This document shows positions 50,375 to 62,043 of a DNA stretch of 64,000 nt, in pieces; the first letter of the stretch is position 1; each line of letters starts with the position of its first letter. The stretch lies in contig CAXXKM010000001.1 of NCBI GenBank assembly GCA_963664435.2, positions 416,001-480,000 on the forward strand. Reading direction: 5' to 3'. The notes beneath the pieces are model-generated. The model searched no databases. It was not told the origin of the DNA and saw only the letters and a program-made list of their open reading frames with translations. The DNA is from Longimicrobiales bacterium (GTDB lineage Bacteria > Gemmatimonadota > Gemmatimonadetes > Longimicrobiales > Gaopeijiaceae). The position numbers and the translations under genes are program-made.

Positions 50375-52882
50375 CTACAGTATCGACTCCCTTAGCCCGC
50401 GCTCCGAGACGAAATCCCGATAGCGGGAGAATGCGGCGTCGACCTTCTCGCGCGTGAGACCGAAGTCGGTCAGATCGTACCTGTGTCGCTTTTCTCTTCC
50501 TCTCCGCGCGGCCTGAACCTCGAGCCAGTGGTCCATGACGGCGACGGCCCCCGGTTCCAGCGACCACCCGAATCGCTCGTAGATGTGAGCCACAATGGCC
50601 ATCGGGTCCTGCACCAGGTCGTAGAAGCTGATGTCGACCCATCGGTCTTCCAGTTCGGGATGGCGGGTGCGGAAGTCCATCCCGCGGTCGAGCATGCGAC
50701 TCATGAACTCGAGCTGTTCCGCCCCGAGATCGTCGGGCGGACGGGGGTTGCAGGAGAGATTGCGGACCCGGTCGACGAGACTATTCCAGGATGCCATGAA
50801 CTCGGCGGGTTCGCGATGGGTCTGAATGAACAGGGCATCGGGGTACGTCGCGATCAGCACTTCCAGTTCGAAGAGGTGGAAGGGCGTCTTCAGCACCCAC
50901 TGCCCCCCGCCGCGGCTTCGCCGCTGCCGCCGCTGACGCGTGTAGTTCTGCATCGCGCGGCGGTGAAGGGCGTAGCTCTCCGACATGTCCCTGCCGGCAA
51001 GCCAGCGGGCGAAGTCCGGGGTGTGGAACCAAACGGTTGCGCCCCAGGCCAGGAACCCCATCCTGAGGAGTCCGAGGTCCTCCTCCGGTTCGTTCACGTC
51101 GAAGTGATGCACCCCCTTGAACATGTCGAGGATCCCCGACGCGTTCAGGAGTTCCTCCGCGAAGGCCCGCCGCGGATCGTCCGCCGAGCCGGCTAACGTG
51201 GCGTAGTCGCCGCCCGCCAGGACCGGCTCGACGTACTCGAAGCCGCGCAGCGTCCAGAACCTCGGGTCGCGAGACATCAGGCGGTGCAGGAAGGTCGTGC
51301 CGGTCCGGTTGATCCCGACGATGAAGACCGGCTGCTTGACGTCCTGTTCCGCGATCTCCGGGTAGCGTCGGTACTCGGCTTCCAGGGACGCGTTGTTGCG
51401 CAACCGGCGGGTGAGATCGAAGGCGACGTAGTCGTATCTCTCGGTCCGGGCCCCGGTCTCCGGGGCGGTCACGGCCTGCACGAGCCGCTTGAGTCCCTCA
51501 AGCTTCCAGGCCGGGAACGCCACGTCGAAGGGGACATCGTATTCGCGCGCGAACGATTCGGCTCGACGCACGAGGTGGTCGTAGTCGAGGCGGCCCTCGG
51601 GTATGCGGTAGGGCCATCGCTCTCGATGGGCCCGCAACCAGTCCAGGGAGCGCCGGAGCATGGCGTACGCGCTCGGCCACGGAATCGGGTCCGGACAATC
51701 GGCCCGCAAGGCGCGGCTGCAGACGCGATGGGACGGAGCGGTCGCGTCCCCGCTGAACCAGTAGGGCGCACCGTGATCGATCAGGTTCCAGAATCCGTGG
51801 AGCGGTGACCGCTCTCCCCGGGACAGACAGGCCCGCTTGAACGCTTTGTAGGAGACGGTCTTGTAGTACAGTCCGAAGTCGGCAAGCTCCATCTCGGGTC
51901 CCAGGGGCGGGTCTTCGGCGTAGTGATAGATCGTGAAGCGCCGGTCGGGATTCAGCGAGATGGCCGCCATGGTGTCGGCAACGACATCGGCCGCCGCCTG
52001 GCTCCACTGCAACGTGAACCCCTCCGGCATCCGTGCCGCATCCACTACTGCGGCCACCGTTCGCACCGCGACATCGTCGGCATTGCCGAAACCGGTGCTG
52101 GCGACGTTCGCGTGCGGCAGGCGGAACAGAGCTACCGGCACCCCGGCCCGGGTCGCATGAAGCAGGGCCTGCTCGACCACCACCTTGGTCCACGGATACC
52201 CGAGCAGGCCGAGGGGAAAGGCGCGCTTCATGCTCGCGATGTCCGGCTGCATCTGGTGCGTGATGCGGCCGCCGGAATACTCGTTCGCGAAACCGCAGAA
52301 GTACTCGGGGAAAACCCCCATGGTCGACGCGAAGAAGATGTGTTTCAGGCGCGTGGTCAGGCACAGGTCGAGCACGGGACGGATGCTGAACACGTTGGTC
52401 CTGCGCAGAGCGACGTAGGGAGTCGCCACGCTCAGGCTCGCGGCGAGGTGGTGCACGGCGTCGATCCGCTGGCAGAGATCCGCGAATCGGGGCGGCTCCA
52501 GCCCGAAACGCGACAGATGGATATCTCCCGCCAGCGCGCGGATGCGGGGCGAGAGCTCGTCGTCCTGGATCTCCGCCTCTTCCAGGGCGGCCTGGATGCG
52601 AGCCATTGCGTGGTCGTCATCGTCCGCGCGCACAATGCAGGTCACCGTCAGGTTCGGGCGCCGGCGCAGGAGGTCTCTCAGCAGGAAACGTCCGAGGAAG
52701 CCGGTTGCGCCCGTGAGCAGGACCTCGCGGAATACCGCGGGATCAACCGGGGCGCTTGCCGGGGAACGACCGACAGTCTGGTCGATGAATCGCCTGATCG
52801 AATCGAGATCGTGCCGGCATTGTGGCGGCAGGGTTCCCGTGAGCGGGGGGACCTCGCGGCGCAGAGGGACCGATTCAGGCAC
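50375..52882 (-). CDS. Thioester-reductase (R) plus sulfotransferase fusion protein (SwfB-like)
   Basis: VLLTGATGFLG, ASTM, YPWTK (extended SDR); PVFIVGINRTGTTFLH (PAPS loop), WVLKTPFH, YPDA.FIQTHR.P; start placed at GTG 52882, overlapping the upstream stop. Confidence 0.88.
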   Translation of the reverse strand: MPESVPLRREVPPLTGTLPPQCRHDLDSIRRFIDQTVGRSPASAPVDPAVFREVLLTGATGFLGRFLLRDLLRRRPNLTVTCIVRADDDDHAMARIQAALEEAEIQDDELSPRIRALAGDIHLSRFGLEPPRFADLCQRIDAVHHLAASLSVATPYVALRRTNVFSIRPVLDLCLTTRLKHIFFASTMGVFPEYFCGFANEYSGGRITHQMQPDIASMKRAFPLGLLGYPWTKVVVEQALLHATRAGVPVALFRLPHANVASTGFGNADDVAVRTVAAVVDAARMPEGFTLQWSQAAADVVADTMAAISLNPDRRFTIYHYAEDPPLGPEMELADFGLYYKTVSYKAFKRACLSRGERSPLHGFWNLIDHGAPYWFSGDATAPSHRVCSRALRADCPDPIPWPSAYAMLRRSLDWLRAHRERWPYRIPEGRLDYDHLVRRAESFAREYDVPFDVAFPAWKLEGLKRLVQAVTAPETGARTERYDYVAFDLTRRLRNNASLEAEYRRYPEIAEQDVKQPVFIVGINRTGTTFLHRLMSRDPRFWTLRGFEYVEPVLAGGDYATLAGSADDPRRAFAEELLNASGILDMFKGVHHFDVNEPEEDLGLLRMGFLAWGATVWFHTPDFARWLAGRDMSESYALHRRAMQNYTRQRRQRRSRGGGQWVLKTPFHLFELEVLIATYPDALFIQTHREPAEFMASWNSLVDRVRNLSCNPRPPDDLGAEQLEFMSRMLDRGMDFRTRHPELEDRWVDISFYDLVQDPMAIVAHIYERFGWSLEPGAVAVMDHWLEVQAARRGREKRHRYDLTDFGLTREKVDAAFSRYRDFVSERGLRESIL

Positions 52883-54674
52883 GCGCCGCTTCGCCGGGGT
52901 CAAACGTTTCGCCGGCAACCGGCAGGCTTCCGCCGGTGAGTGGACCCGGCCGGACCTCGGAATCCAGTGCGAGCTGGAAGGCCGCGACGGCTTCGGAGAT
53001 GCCGTCTCCCGCGTAACGGAATTCTTCCGGGATGGCCTTCTGGCGGGCATTGGCCCGGTTGAGCGCCGCCTGCCTGAGCCTGTTCTCCACTCGCGGTTCG
53101 GACGTCGACTCCGGGCGGGCATCGTGGACCGCTGCCAATTCCGAGTTCAGATACTCCTTGAATTCGCGGATGACGGTCTGTTGGCGGGTGAACTTCTCAC
53201 AGTGATGACCGGTCGCAGCCAGCCGAATCGCCAGGGGCATCATGCGGGGATGATCCCTGGAGACCTTCGCGATGTACCGTGAGAAAGCCGGAAGCTGGTC
53301 CCTGGTCAGGCGTCGCCGGATTCCCATGATCCCCGCATAGAGCGCGTGTTGGCTCACCGGCTTGTTGATGTGCGGCACGGGATTGAGGTACTCCAGCAGG
53401 GTCAGGCAGCGCTCAAAGTAGTTCTCCAGCGTCGAGTCGTAGATCGTCCCGATGACCCGGAGGTACCCTTCCACCAACGTTGCGGGATCCATCTGCGGCT
53501 TGAAGTTCAGGGAGGTGGCGTTGATCTCGATGGGCTTGTCCAGCAGTCGGCCCTCGCGCTTCAGACGCTCCCACAGATTGGTGTCCTTGAGCGCGGTGAG
53601 CAGGCCGACCAGCGCGATCGGGATCCCGGTCTGCTGAATGAAGTCGATCTGGGCATCGAATGCGCTCTCGTCATCCTCATCGAGGCCGAGGATAAAGCCG
53701 CCCTGAACCTGCATCCCCTTCTGCTGGATCTTGCGCACGGCGGTGAACAGGTAGTTGTCGTCGCGCATGCTGATGTTCTGAGGCTTCTTCATCTTCTTGA
53801 GAGCCTTTGGATTGGGCGTCTCGATACCCAGGAAGACGGTGTCGAAGCCGGCCTCGATCATGACGTCCATCAGGTCGTTCATGCGGACGAGGTTCACGCT
53901 GGCCTCGGTGGACAGCGCAAACGGGTACCCGCGTTCCTTCTGCCACTCGGCGATCGCCGGGAGCAGACGCGTCACCTCGCGCTTGTTGCCGATGAAGTTG
54001 TCGTCGACCAGGAAGAGAGGGCCGCGCCATCCCAGTTCGTAGAGGTGATCGAACTCGGCCACCATCTGCTCGGGCGATTTCGTGCGGGACACGCGGCCGT
54101 ACAGCTTGGTGATGTCGCAGAACTCGCAGTCGAAGGGGCATCCCCGCGAGAACTGCAGGCACATCGAGTAGTAGTCGCTCATTTCGATGAGGTCGAAGCG
54201 CGGAAGCGGAGTGATGGTCACGTCGGGCTTCCTCGGCGCGCGATAGACCTGCTTCGCGGTGCCGTTCTCGAGGTCGTGCAGGAAGGCGGGGAAGGTCTCC
54301 TCGACCTCGTCGAGGACGAAGTGGTCGATTCCCTCCATCTCATGGTGGAAGGTGGTGGGGTGGGGTCCGCCGGCGATCACGGGAATCCCGGCCCGGTTGC
54401 AGCGCTCCACAGCCTGCTCGAGTGACGGACGCTGGACGATCATGGTCGACGTGAAGGCCAGATCTGCCCACTCCAGGTCGCTGTCCTCGAGCGAAGTGAC
54501 GTTGAGGTCGACCAGGCGCAGGTTGTACCGCGAGGGGAACATTGCGGCGACGGTGAGCAGGCCGAGGGGAGGAAAGGCGGCCCTGATGCCCAGGAGGTCC
54601 AGCGCGAAGTTGTTCCCCCAGTAGGTGGGAGGGTGCTTCGGGTAGATGAGCAGGGCATTGGCCATGGCGATCAT
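52875..54674 (-). CDS. Cobalamin-binding radical SAM enzyme (class B methyltransferase, HpnP/DUF4070-like; SwfC-like)
   Basis: PPLGLLTVA, AGGPHPT (B12 domain), QFSRGCPFDCEFC, VDDNFIGN, FLGIET; ATGA overlap with the PKS stop. Confidence 0.9.
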   Translation of the reverse strand: MIAMANALLIYPKHPPTYWGNNFALDLLGIRAAFPPLGLLTVAAMFPSRYNLRLVDLNVTSLEDSDLEWADLAFTSTMIVQRPSLEQAVERCNRAGIPVIAGGPHPTTFHHEMEGIDHFVLDEVEETFPAFLHDLENGTAKQVYRAPRKPDVTITPLPRFDLIEMSDYYSMCLQFSRGCPFDCEFCDITKLYGRVSRTKSPEQMVAEFDHLYELGWRGPLFLVDDNFIGNKREVTRLLPAIAEWQKERGYPFALSTEASVNLVRMNDLMDVMIEAGFDTVFLGIETPNPKALKKMKKPQNISMRDDNYLFTAVRKIQQKGMQVQGGFILGLDEDDESAFDAQIDFIQQTGIPIALVGLLTALKDTNLWERLKREGRLLDKPIEINATSLNFKPQMDPATLVEGYLRVIGTIYDSTLENYFERCLTLLEYLNPVPHINKPVSQHALYAGIMGIRRRLTRDQLPAFSRYIAKVSRDHPRMMPLAIRLAATGHHCEKFTRQQTVIREFKEYLNSELAAVHDARPESTSEPRVENRLRQAALNRANARQKAIPEEFRYAGDGISEAVAAFQLALDSEVRPGPLTGGSLPVAGETFDPGEAARA

Positions 54675-57600
54675 GTGGCCTCTTCCAGCACGCGCCCGCG
54701 GGCTGACCTGTCGAGGGCCGGAACGGGCAGCGGACCGGAACCGTTCCCACCAGCCTCCGGGGAGGTCGAGCGGGAAGCGTTGAAATGATCTTCAGGCGCA
54801 TTCGCGAAGGCGGACGGTACGCGCTGCGCCCGCGGGCGGGATGCCGCGGATGCCTGTTCGGATGCCTGGCCATCCGCCTCCGCATGGTCTTCGTCGGTGC
54901 GGTCCTTTCCGGAGATGATGCCCTCTGCCAGCGAGAGCGAAGAGGCCGTGGTCATCAGTTCGAGGGCGCTGACACGGTAGCCGAACTCCGCCTGGATGAA
55001 TGTTCCGAGCTCGGCGACGGAGATTGAGGTGAGACCGAAGCTCGAGAGCGGTTCGTCCACTTCACCATCCTCGTGGCCGCAAAGCTCGGCAACCTTCCCC
55101 GCGATCCGGTCCACGACGGCTTCGAGCGTCAGTTCTCCCTCCGAGCCCGCTTCGAAGGCGTCGTGATTGTGCATGAGCCGCCCGATCCGCATGTAGTCCG
55201 GGAAGTCGACCGTCCATGAGGGACGTTCGAACAGGCAGGTGACCAGGTGGGGCCTGTCGCGCATCGCGCGTAGAGCGTAGTCCAGGTTGGCGATGGCCAG
55301 GTCGCTGCTAACCGGCGGAAGGCCGGCGGCGCGCATCATCCGAAGTACGGGAAGACTGCGCGCTGCCATCCCGGCGTCGGCGACGGCGGGCATGTTGTAC
55401 GTCAGGCACGGGAGGCCCTGCCTGCGCCGAGTGGCGGCCAGGCCGTCCAGGAACCCGTTGGCAGCGCTGTAGTTGATCTGTCCCGGGTTGCCCAGCATCG
55501 AAGCCGTGGACGAGAACAGAACGAAATGATCGAGGTCGAGGCCCGCCGTGGCCCTGTGGAGGTGCAGCGCACCCGCGGCCTTGGGCGCAAACACCCTTAC
55601 GAGGGACTCGACCGACATGTCGTCGAGCAACCGGTCGTCGAGCGCGCCCGCGAGGTGGAACACCCCCTTGAGCGGCCGCCGGACTCCCTGGACGCAGCGC
55701 TGGACATCCTCCTCCACCGCCACATCACCCTCGACGATGTCGAACTCGGCCCTGGCATCCATGTAGACGAGCGCGCTCGAACGCCGGACCCACTCCGCAT
55801 CGCGTCGACGCTGGGGGTCGCGGTCGAGGAGGGTGAGATGCCGCGCCCCAGCTGCCACAAGGTACGGAATCAACCGGAGGCCGAAGCCCCCCAGGCCCCC
55901 GGTGACGAGATACGTCGCATCCGCGTCGAACAGGGGCCGTACGTCCGCGACCGCGTATCCGGCAGCCGCGGAAGTCCGTGGAGCCGTCAGGACCAGTTTT
56001 CCCTGATGCCGTCCGGTCGTCATCAGGCGAAGAGCCTTGCCATAGTCCCGGTACGGGAAAACGGTAATCGGCAGCGGTGGCAAGGCACCCCGGCCGAGCA
56101 GGTCCATGCAGGTTTCGGAAAGCTCGCGGGTGAGGTGGGGATCGTCGATCATCAGGCGATCCACGTCGATGGCGGCGAAGCGCAGGTTCTTGCGGAAGAT
56201 GCGCAACCCGAGATCGTTATCGGCATAGATGTCGATCTTGCCGATTTCGCAGTGCCATCCTCCCGGGCGAAGGGCCTTCAGGCACAGTTCGATGTGGCGG
56301 CCGGCCAGCGAATTCAGTACCACATCCACCCCCTGGCCGCCGGTCGCCGCCATGAGGTCGTCATACCAGTCGTGGCTGTGCGAATCGAAGGCTCCGCTTG
56401 CGCCCATCGCCTTCAGCCGTTTGCGCTTGCCATCGCTACCGGCGGTCGTGTAGATCTCCGCCCCGACGTGTTTTGCGAGGGCGATGGCCGCCTGCCCGAC
56501 ACCGCCCATGGCAGAGTGAACGAGAACGCGCTGGCCCTTGTGCAGTCGAGCCAGGTGAATGAGGGAATAGTAGGCCGTGACGTAGACCGAGAGGGTGGAC
56601 GCAGCCTGTTCCATGCTCAGGCTGTCGGGTTTGATGAAGACCAGGTACTCGGGAACGACCACCCGGTTGGCGATGCATCCGCCGGCGATGAACGCCACCT
56701 GGTCGCCGACGCTGCAGTTCCGCACGTCCGATCCGACTCGGCGGACGATCCCGCTGCCCTCCATGCCCACGGCGTGTCCGAGCGCCGAACGCTCGTAGGC
56801 GAGCGCAGGCAGCAACCCCAGCGTGACCATCACGTCGCGGAAGTTGAGGGCCGCCGCCCCAACATCGATCTCCACATCGCCGGCTCCCACGGGCGGGAGC
56901 TGGTACGTCTTCATCTCGAGGCCTGCGATCTGCCCCGGGTTGTCCAGCGTGAGGCGGTACGGGGCGTCTTCGCCTTCCCGCAGCCGCGAATAGCGCTCCC
57001 GAATGCTGACCATCCGCGGCGCCCACAGGCGGTTTTTCCGCACCGCGAGTTCGCGCTCGCGCAGGTCGCACCCGGCAAGCCCAGCCAGCGTCTTCAGGTC
57101 GCCGGATTCACCGAGGTCCACCAGCCGGAAGTCGATCCCGGCCTCGTCGCCGACTTCCATCGCCATGCTGCGCACAGCTCCCCAGAGGGCGCTCCCCCTC
57201 GGGTCTTCGGCGTCCAGGACCGTGCGGCGCGTCACGACGGTCAGGCGGCAGACATCAGTCGACTGGTCCAGTCGGGCGGGCACCAGCGCCTGGACGAAGC
57301 CGATGAGATGCGCTGCTGCCTTCTCTCCCGTTGGATCGTCCGGGTCGGGGCCGCAGAAATAGTCGATGGCCCGGAGGTCGGCCGCCTGCGCCCAATCCTC
57401 GGAGGAATCGTATCTCCCGCTGACAACCACTTCATGGGGGAAATGTCGCACTTGGTCGGACGCACCCGGCAGGGACATCCAGTCCGAAGCCCAGCTCGCC
57501 GGATCGCCGAGCACCCAACGCGGCCCCGGGAGCGAATCACCGACGCTCTCGCCGCCGAAGCTGGCCGGCGCCTGCAGCAGGGTCGCGGACCGGCCGGCGC

Positions 57601-60539
57601 GGAGCGTGGTCCAATCGCCCCCGGGCTCGACGACACCGTCCTCCTCGTGGCACACCAGAACCAGGCCGCCCGGTACCGCCAGGCGACGCAGGAAAGCCCA
57701 GCGGTCCGCCTCCATCCGGTCGTCCGAGCCGTGGAGGAAGATGAGTTCGGCGCCCGCGGGCCGAAGGAGTCCCCGGTCCATGGCCGGCTCAACTGCCGGA
57801 TCATGACACTCGAACCGGAGTGCCGCGCTCCGCTGACCGAAGGCATCGTAGTGAGCCCGGGTCTCTTCTTCGCTATCGCCGACGAGGCAGAACTCGGACC
57901 GGCAGTCAGAGGTCGTAAGATGGTCCATGCACCGCGCCAGGATGGTCTGCCCGGGTTCGCGGCCTCCGGCGAATTCGACGACGTGACAGCCGAGACCTTC
58001 GCCCCATTCGGGCGCCTCCAGAGCGGCGATCAGCGCGGCCGGCTCGATCTCCCCCTCCGGCAGTGTCCCGGCAAGCGCCCGGCCACCGGGGATGAACTTC
58101 GGCTGCCAGGCTATCTCGTGCTTGCTGTTGGGCAAGTCGTTCCAGCGTGGATTGGAGGTGAAATACGTGTACTCGCCGATATGGGCCACGAGGTGCCCGG
58201 TCGCACTGTCGTAGAAGCTGATCGCGCCAGCGGCCCTCTCGCCGCGCTGGACCGAGTACTGTCCTCTCTCGTTGGCGTCCATCCAGTCCTGAGCGGGCCT
58301 CGTCACGTGACAGGTGATGCGGGGGCCGGTGGGTGGACGCAGGAATGTGGTCGCTTCCGCTCGCTGCGGGATGGCGAAGAGGTGAGAAGCCGTCAGCAGA
58401 TGGGAAAGGAAGATCTGCAGCCCGCCATCCAGGAGCGCGGGTGGGCCGGAGACGTAGCCTTCCTCTCGGCCGGTCCTCCAGAGCTCCTCGTCCATCTCGA
58501 TGTCGACGATCAGGGCCCGGGTGCCGGTATTCTGCCGGAAATGGCGGATGGTCTGGAAGTACGGTCCGTACTGGAAGGTCTCGCTGAGAACCGCCTCGAT
58601 GCGCTCGTAGAAATCGCTCCGTTTGGCGAACACGGTCTCGCACGAGGAGGTGTCGATGTCTTCGAGACGCAACGGAACGTCGACCGGATAATCGGACGCG
58701 ACCCGCGCGACCCTGCCGGGACAGTGCACCTCGCTTGCGGCGTCGACATCGTAGGGACGGGAAGAGATCGTGAAGGTGAACTCGTCGGGCGCGTTGGCGA
58801 CCGGATGCAGCGCGGTCTGCAGGCGCACGGGCGTCCCGGGAATCGGACACGGCTGCAGGAACTCGAGCACCTCGAAGTGGGCCGGGTCGCCGCCGAGCGC
58901 TTCGAGGACCAACTCGATGTAGGCGGCCGCCGGCATGATCGCGGCGTGATGCACCCTGTGGTCGGCCAGCCAGGGGAAATCCCTGGCCGAGAGCCGCGCC
59001 TCGAAGAGCATGTGGTCGCTCGGCACCCTGTGCCCGACCAGCGGACCGTGCGAGTACTGCCCCTGGCGGACGAAGAACTCGTCGTCGGTCAGCGGGTCGA
59101 CCGCCGCCTGCTCCTCCCTCGGATGACCGGGAAGCAGGTGAGCGATGGGCTGCGGTCGCGGATACTGCGCCGCAAAATCCAGGGCGACGCCGGCCTGGAA
59201 CAGTGCGCCAAGTGCCTCCTGAAAGGCCAGCCGGTCGTCGGAATCCCGCATGAGGGTCGGGACGCAGGCCGGAGCCGGGGACGAGCCCTCCAGGCACTGG
59301 ATGATTGAGGATTGAAGCGCGCTGTGCGGTGCGATCTCCAAGAACACATCCGGCTGGAAATCCCGGATCATGGTGTCGATGGCGCGCGCAAACCGTACGG
59401 GCTGCCGAATGTTCGACCACCAGTAGGCGGCATCGAGCCGCTCGACCGTGCGCCCCTCCACGGAGGAAACGAAAGGCGCCGTGGTTTCGAAGTCGCATGC
59501 GTCCAGGAAGGACAGGGCTTCCAGGGCTTCGTCGCGGATGGGTTCCATGGCGGTGGAATGGAACGCGATGTTCCCCGCCAGCAGCTGGTGCTGGAGTTTT
59601 CGCCGCGCCAGTTCCGCCATCACGGGCTCGAGCGCCGCCTCCTTCCCGCAGACGACCACGCTCGCCGGCGCGTTCTCGCAGGCGATCTCCACGGCGGGCG
59701 GCCCCTCCCCGGGCCGGAACGGTAGCTCCAGCTCGTCGAGCAATCCCTCCACACCGGGCAGGTCCAGCCCGATCGCAAGCATGCGCCCGGAGCCGGCGGT
59801 GCGCCGCTGGAGGGTCGCGCGGTGGTAGACCAGGCGGGTCGCCTCCTCCAGCGACAGCGCTCCCGAGGCGTAGGCGGCGGCGACTTCCCCCGAGCTGTGG
59901 CCCACGACACAATCCGGATACACCCCCCAGGTCTTCAGCAGCTCCAGCAGGGCGCACTGGATCATGAAGATTACGGGTTGGGCGAGCTGGACTTCATCGA
60001 GCGCCTCCTGTGGCGCGGAAAGGCATGCGTCCCGCAACGAGATGTCGGAGTGCTCTCGCCAGTGGCCCTCGATGGCAGCGACCGTGCGCCGGAACACGGG
60101 ATCCGCGTCGTACAGTCCGCGGCCACATCCGGCCCACTGCGTCCCCTGCCCCGAAAACGCCATCGCGATTCGCCGCTCGCCTCCCTCCACCGTGACGGTG
60201 GGAGCGGGGTTTGCGATGAACGCGTCCAGCGTCTCGATCAGCTGTGCGCGATCCCGCACCGCGAAGGCGGTTCGGGTGGCGAAGTGCGTGCGGCGGCGGC
60301 CGAGATTGCCGGCCAGCGTATAGAGGTCGACCCCGTCGTCGCCCAATGTCTTCCGGAGTTGCTCCGCGCTCCGTGTCAGAGCTCCGGCGGTCCGCGCCGA
60401 GAGCGGGACCATGAATCCCGCCCGCGGAGCCGGCGGCGACGACCACTCCCGCGGCCGCGCGGGCCGGTATTCGCGAACCACGCAATGGCCGTTGGCGCCG
60501 CCGAAGCCGAACGAATTGATGCCGACGACCACGGGCCTG
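54671..60539 (-). pseudogene. Type I PKS/FAS 3' segment: end of KS, AT, DH, degenerate MT-like region, ER, KR, ACP (SwfA-like), IS-interrupted
   Basis: GINSFGFGGANGH; AT FSGQG, GHSSG, IAFHS; DH LADHRV.....P and LDGGLQ; ER HSAMGGVG; KR VTGGLGGFG, LDD, NYSAAN; ACP FGLTSI. Confidence 0.88.
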
Positions 60540-60574
60540 CGGAACCTGCCAACGACTTTGAGACACTTTCCGGT

Positions 60575-61612
60575 TCAGTTTAGCGAGCCCTCCTTTCCCC
60601 CGTTGGCCGACTCTGCGCCATCGACCGCCGTGACGGGGAGTGCGGGGTTGATCCAGACCTCCTCCGGGAGTTTCACAGCCCTCGGCGGGCCTCCCACGAA
60701 GCGGTCGGGGTGGGCGGCGTAGGCGGCGGCCAGTACGTTCTGCCGGTGCTCGATCACCTCGGGGGCGCGGCCGAGGTGGACCTGCTCTGGGGTGAGCAGG
60801 CCGATGCCGCCGTGCCGGTGTTGGGTGTTGTACCACTGGAAGAACTCCCGGCAGAAGTCCTTCGCCTCCTCGATGCTGCCGAAGCGACCCGGGAAGCCCG
60901 GGTGGTACTTGATGGTCTTGAAGTGCGCCTCCGAGTACGGGTTGTCGTTCGAGACCCTGGGGCGGCTCAGCGACTGCGTGACGCCCAGGTCGGCCAGGAG
61001 CTGCGCCGTGCACTTGGCCGTCATGGGAGATCCCCTGTCCGAGTGCAGCGTGAGCACGCGGGGCTGCACACCGTGCTTGAGACACGTCTCGCTGACCAAG
61101 TGTCCGGCCAGGCCCGCGGTCTCGCGCTCCGCCACCATCCAGCCCGTGACGTAGCGGCTGTAGATGTCCAGGATCACGTACAGGTAGAAGTACTGCCACT
61201 TCTCCGGCCCCAGCAGCCGGGTGATGTCCCAGGACCACACCTCGTTGGGTGCGCGGGCCACCACCTCGGGCTTCGGGTGGTTGGGATGGCTGCGCTGCGC
61301 CCGCCGCTCCCGAACCGCCTCCTTCTCGGCCAGGATCCGGTACATCGTCCGCTCCGAACAAAGGTAGGTCCCTTCGTCCAGCAGCGTCGCGTACACTTCC
61401 GCCGGCGCGCGGTCGGCGAAGCGCGGCGAGCACAGCACACTGAAGACCTCCGCCCGCTCCGCTGTGTCCAGGGCCCGGGCAGGAGCCGGCCGGGGCTGCC
61501 GCTGCCCGGTCTTCGGCCTCCGGCGACGGTAGAACGTGGCGCGCGCAACCCCAAGAGCTTTGCACGCCGCGCGTACACCCACGTGCCCGGCCAAGCCTCC
61601 GGCCGCGCTCAA
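60575..61612 (-). CDS. IS3-family transposase OrfB (DDE integrase core)
   Basis: PNEVWSWDIT, ILDIYSRYV.GW, LHSDRGS, NDNPYSEAHFKTIK, YN..HRH. Confidence 0.92.
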   Translation of the reverse strand: MSAAGGLAGHVGVRAACKALGVARATFYRRRRPKTGQRQPRPAPARALDTAERAEVFSVLCSPRFADRAPAEVYATLLDEGTYLCSERTMYRILAEKEAVRERRAQRSHPNHPKPEVVARAPNEVWSWDITRLLGPEKWQYFYLYVILDIYSRYVTGWMVAERETAGLAGHLVSETCLKHGVQPRVLTLHSDRGSPMTAKCTAQLLADLGVTQSLSRPRVSNDNPYSEAHFKTIKYHPGFPGRFGSIEEAKDFCREFFQWYNTQHRHGGIGLLTPEQVHLGRAPEVIEHRQNVLAAAYAAHPDRFVGGPPRAVKLPEEVWINPALPVTAVDGAESANGGKEGSLN

Positions 61613-62043
61613 GAGCGCTTCCCGTCCCCGGGGCTCACGCCCAGCAGCCCCGCAACTTTTCCCTGGACATCGATGATGATGCGCGCCTTGCGGAGTTCCT
61701 CGCGCAGCCGCGCGTTCTCCCGCTCCAGCTTCCGCACCTTCTTCGCCTCACGCTTTCCGCCCGACGACCTCGGGCCGCGCTTCTTCGCCAGACCCCGCAG
61801 CGACCCTTCCCGCGCCGCCTTCCGCCACGACGACAGGTGCGAACTATACAGTCCTTCGCGCCGAAGCAGCTCTCCGATCTCGCCCGGTGTATCGCAGGCG
61901 TCCGCCTTCCCGACGATCGACAGCTTGTACGCCGCCGTGAACCGCCGCCGCGTCGCCTTCGCCGCAACCTCCGGATCCGCCGGGGACGCTGCCGCGCTTC
62001 GCTTGCCCTCCCCCGAAGAGAGGGGCGTTCCGTTCACCTTCAT
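61609..62043 (-). CDS. IS3-family transposase OrfA (HTH plus leucine zipper)
   Basis: RRRFTAAYKL, LLRREGLYSSHLSSWR, LERENARLREEL; AGGAGAAGG RBS before ATG 62043. Confidence 0.9.
   Translation of the reverse strand: MKVNGTPLSSGEGKRSAAASPADPEVAAKATRRRFTAAYKLSIVGKADACDTPGEIGELLRREGLYSSHLSSWRKAAREGSLRGLAKKRGPRSSGGKREAKKVRKLERENARLREELRKARIIIDVQGKVAGLLGVSPGDGKRS

Noticed and set aside
52875..54674. Calling the radical SAM gene hpnP (hopanoid methylase)
   Set aside because: Same family, but the context is a PKS operon with no hopanoid genes; symbol withheld
55526..59308. 1260-aa plus-strand ORF
   Set aside because: Antisense shadow of the PKS
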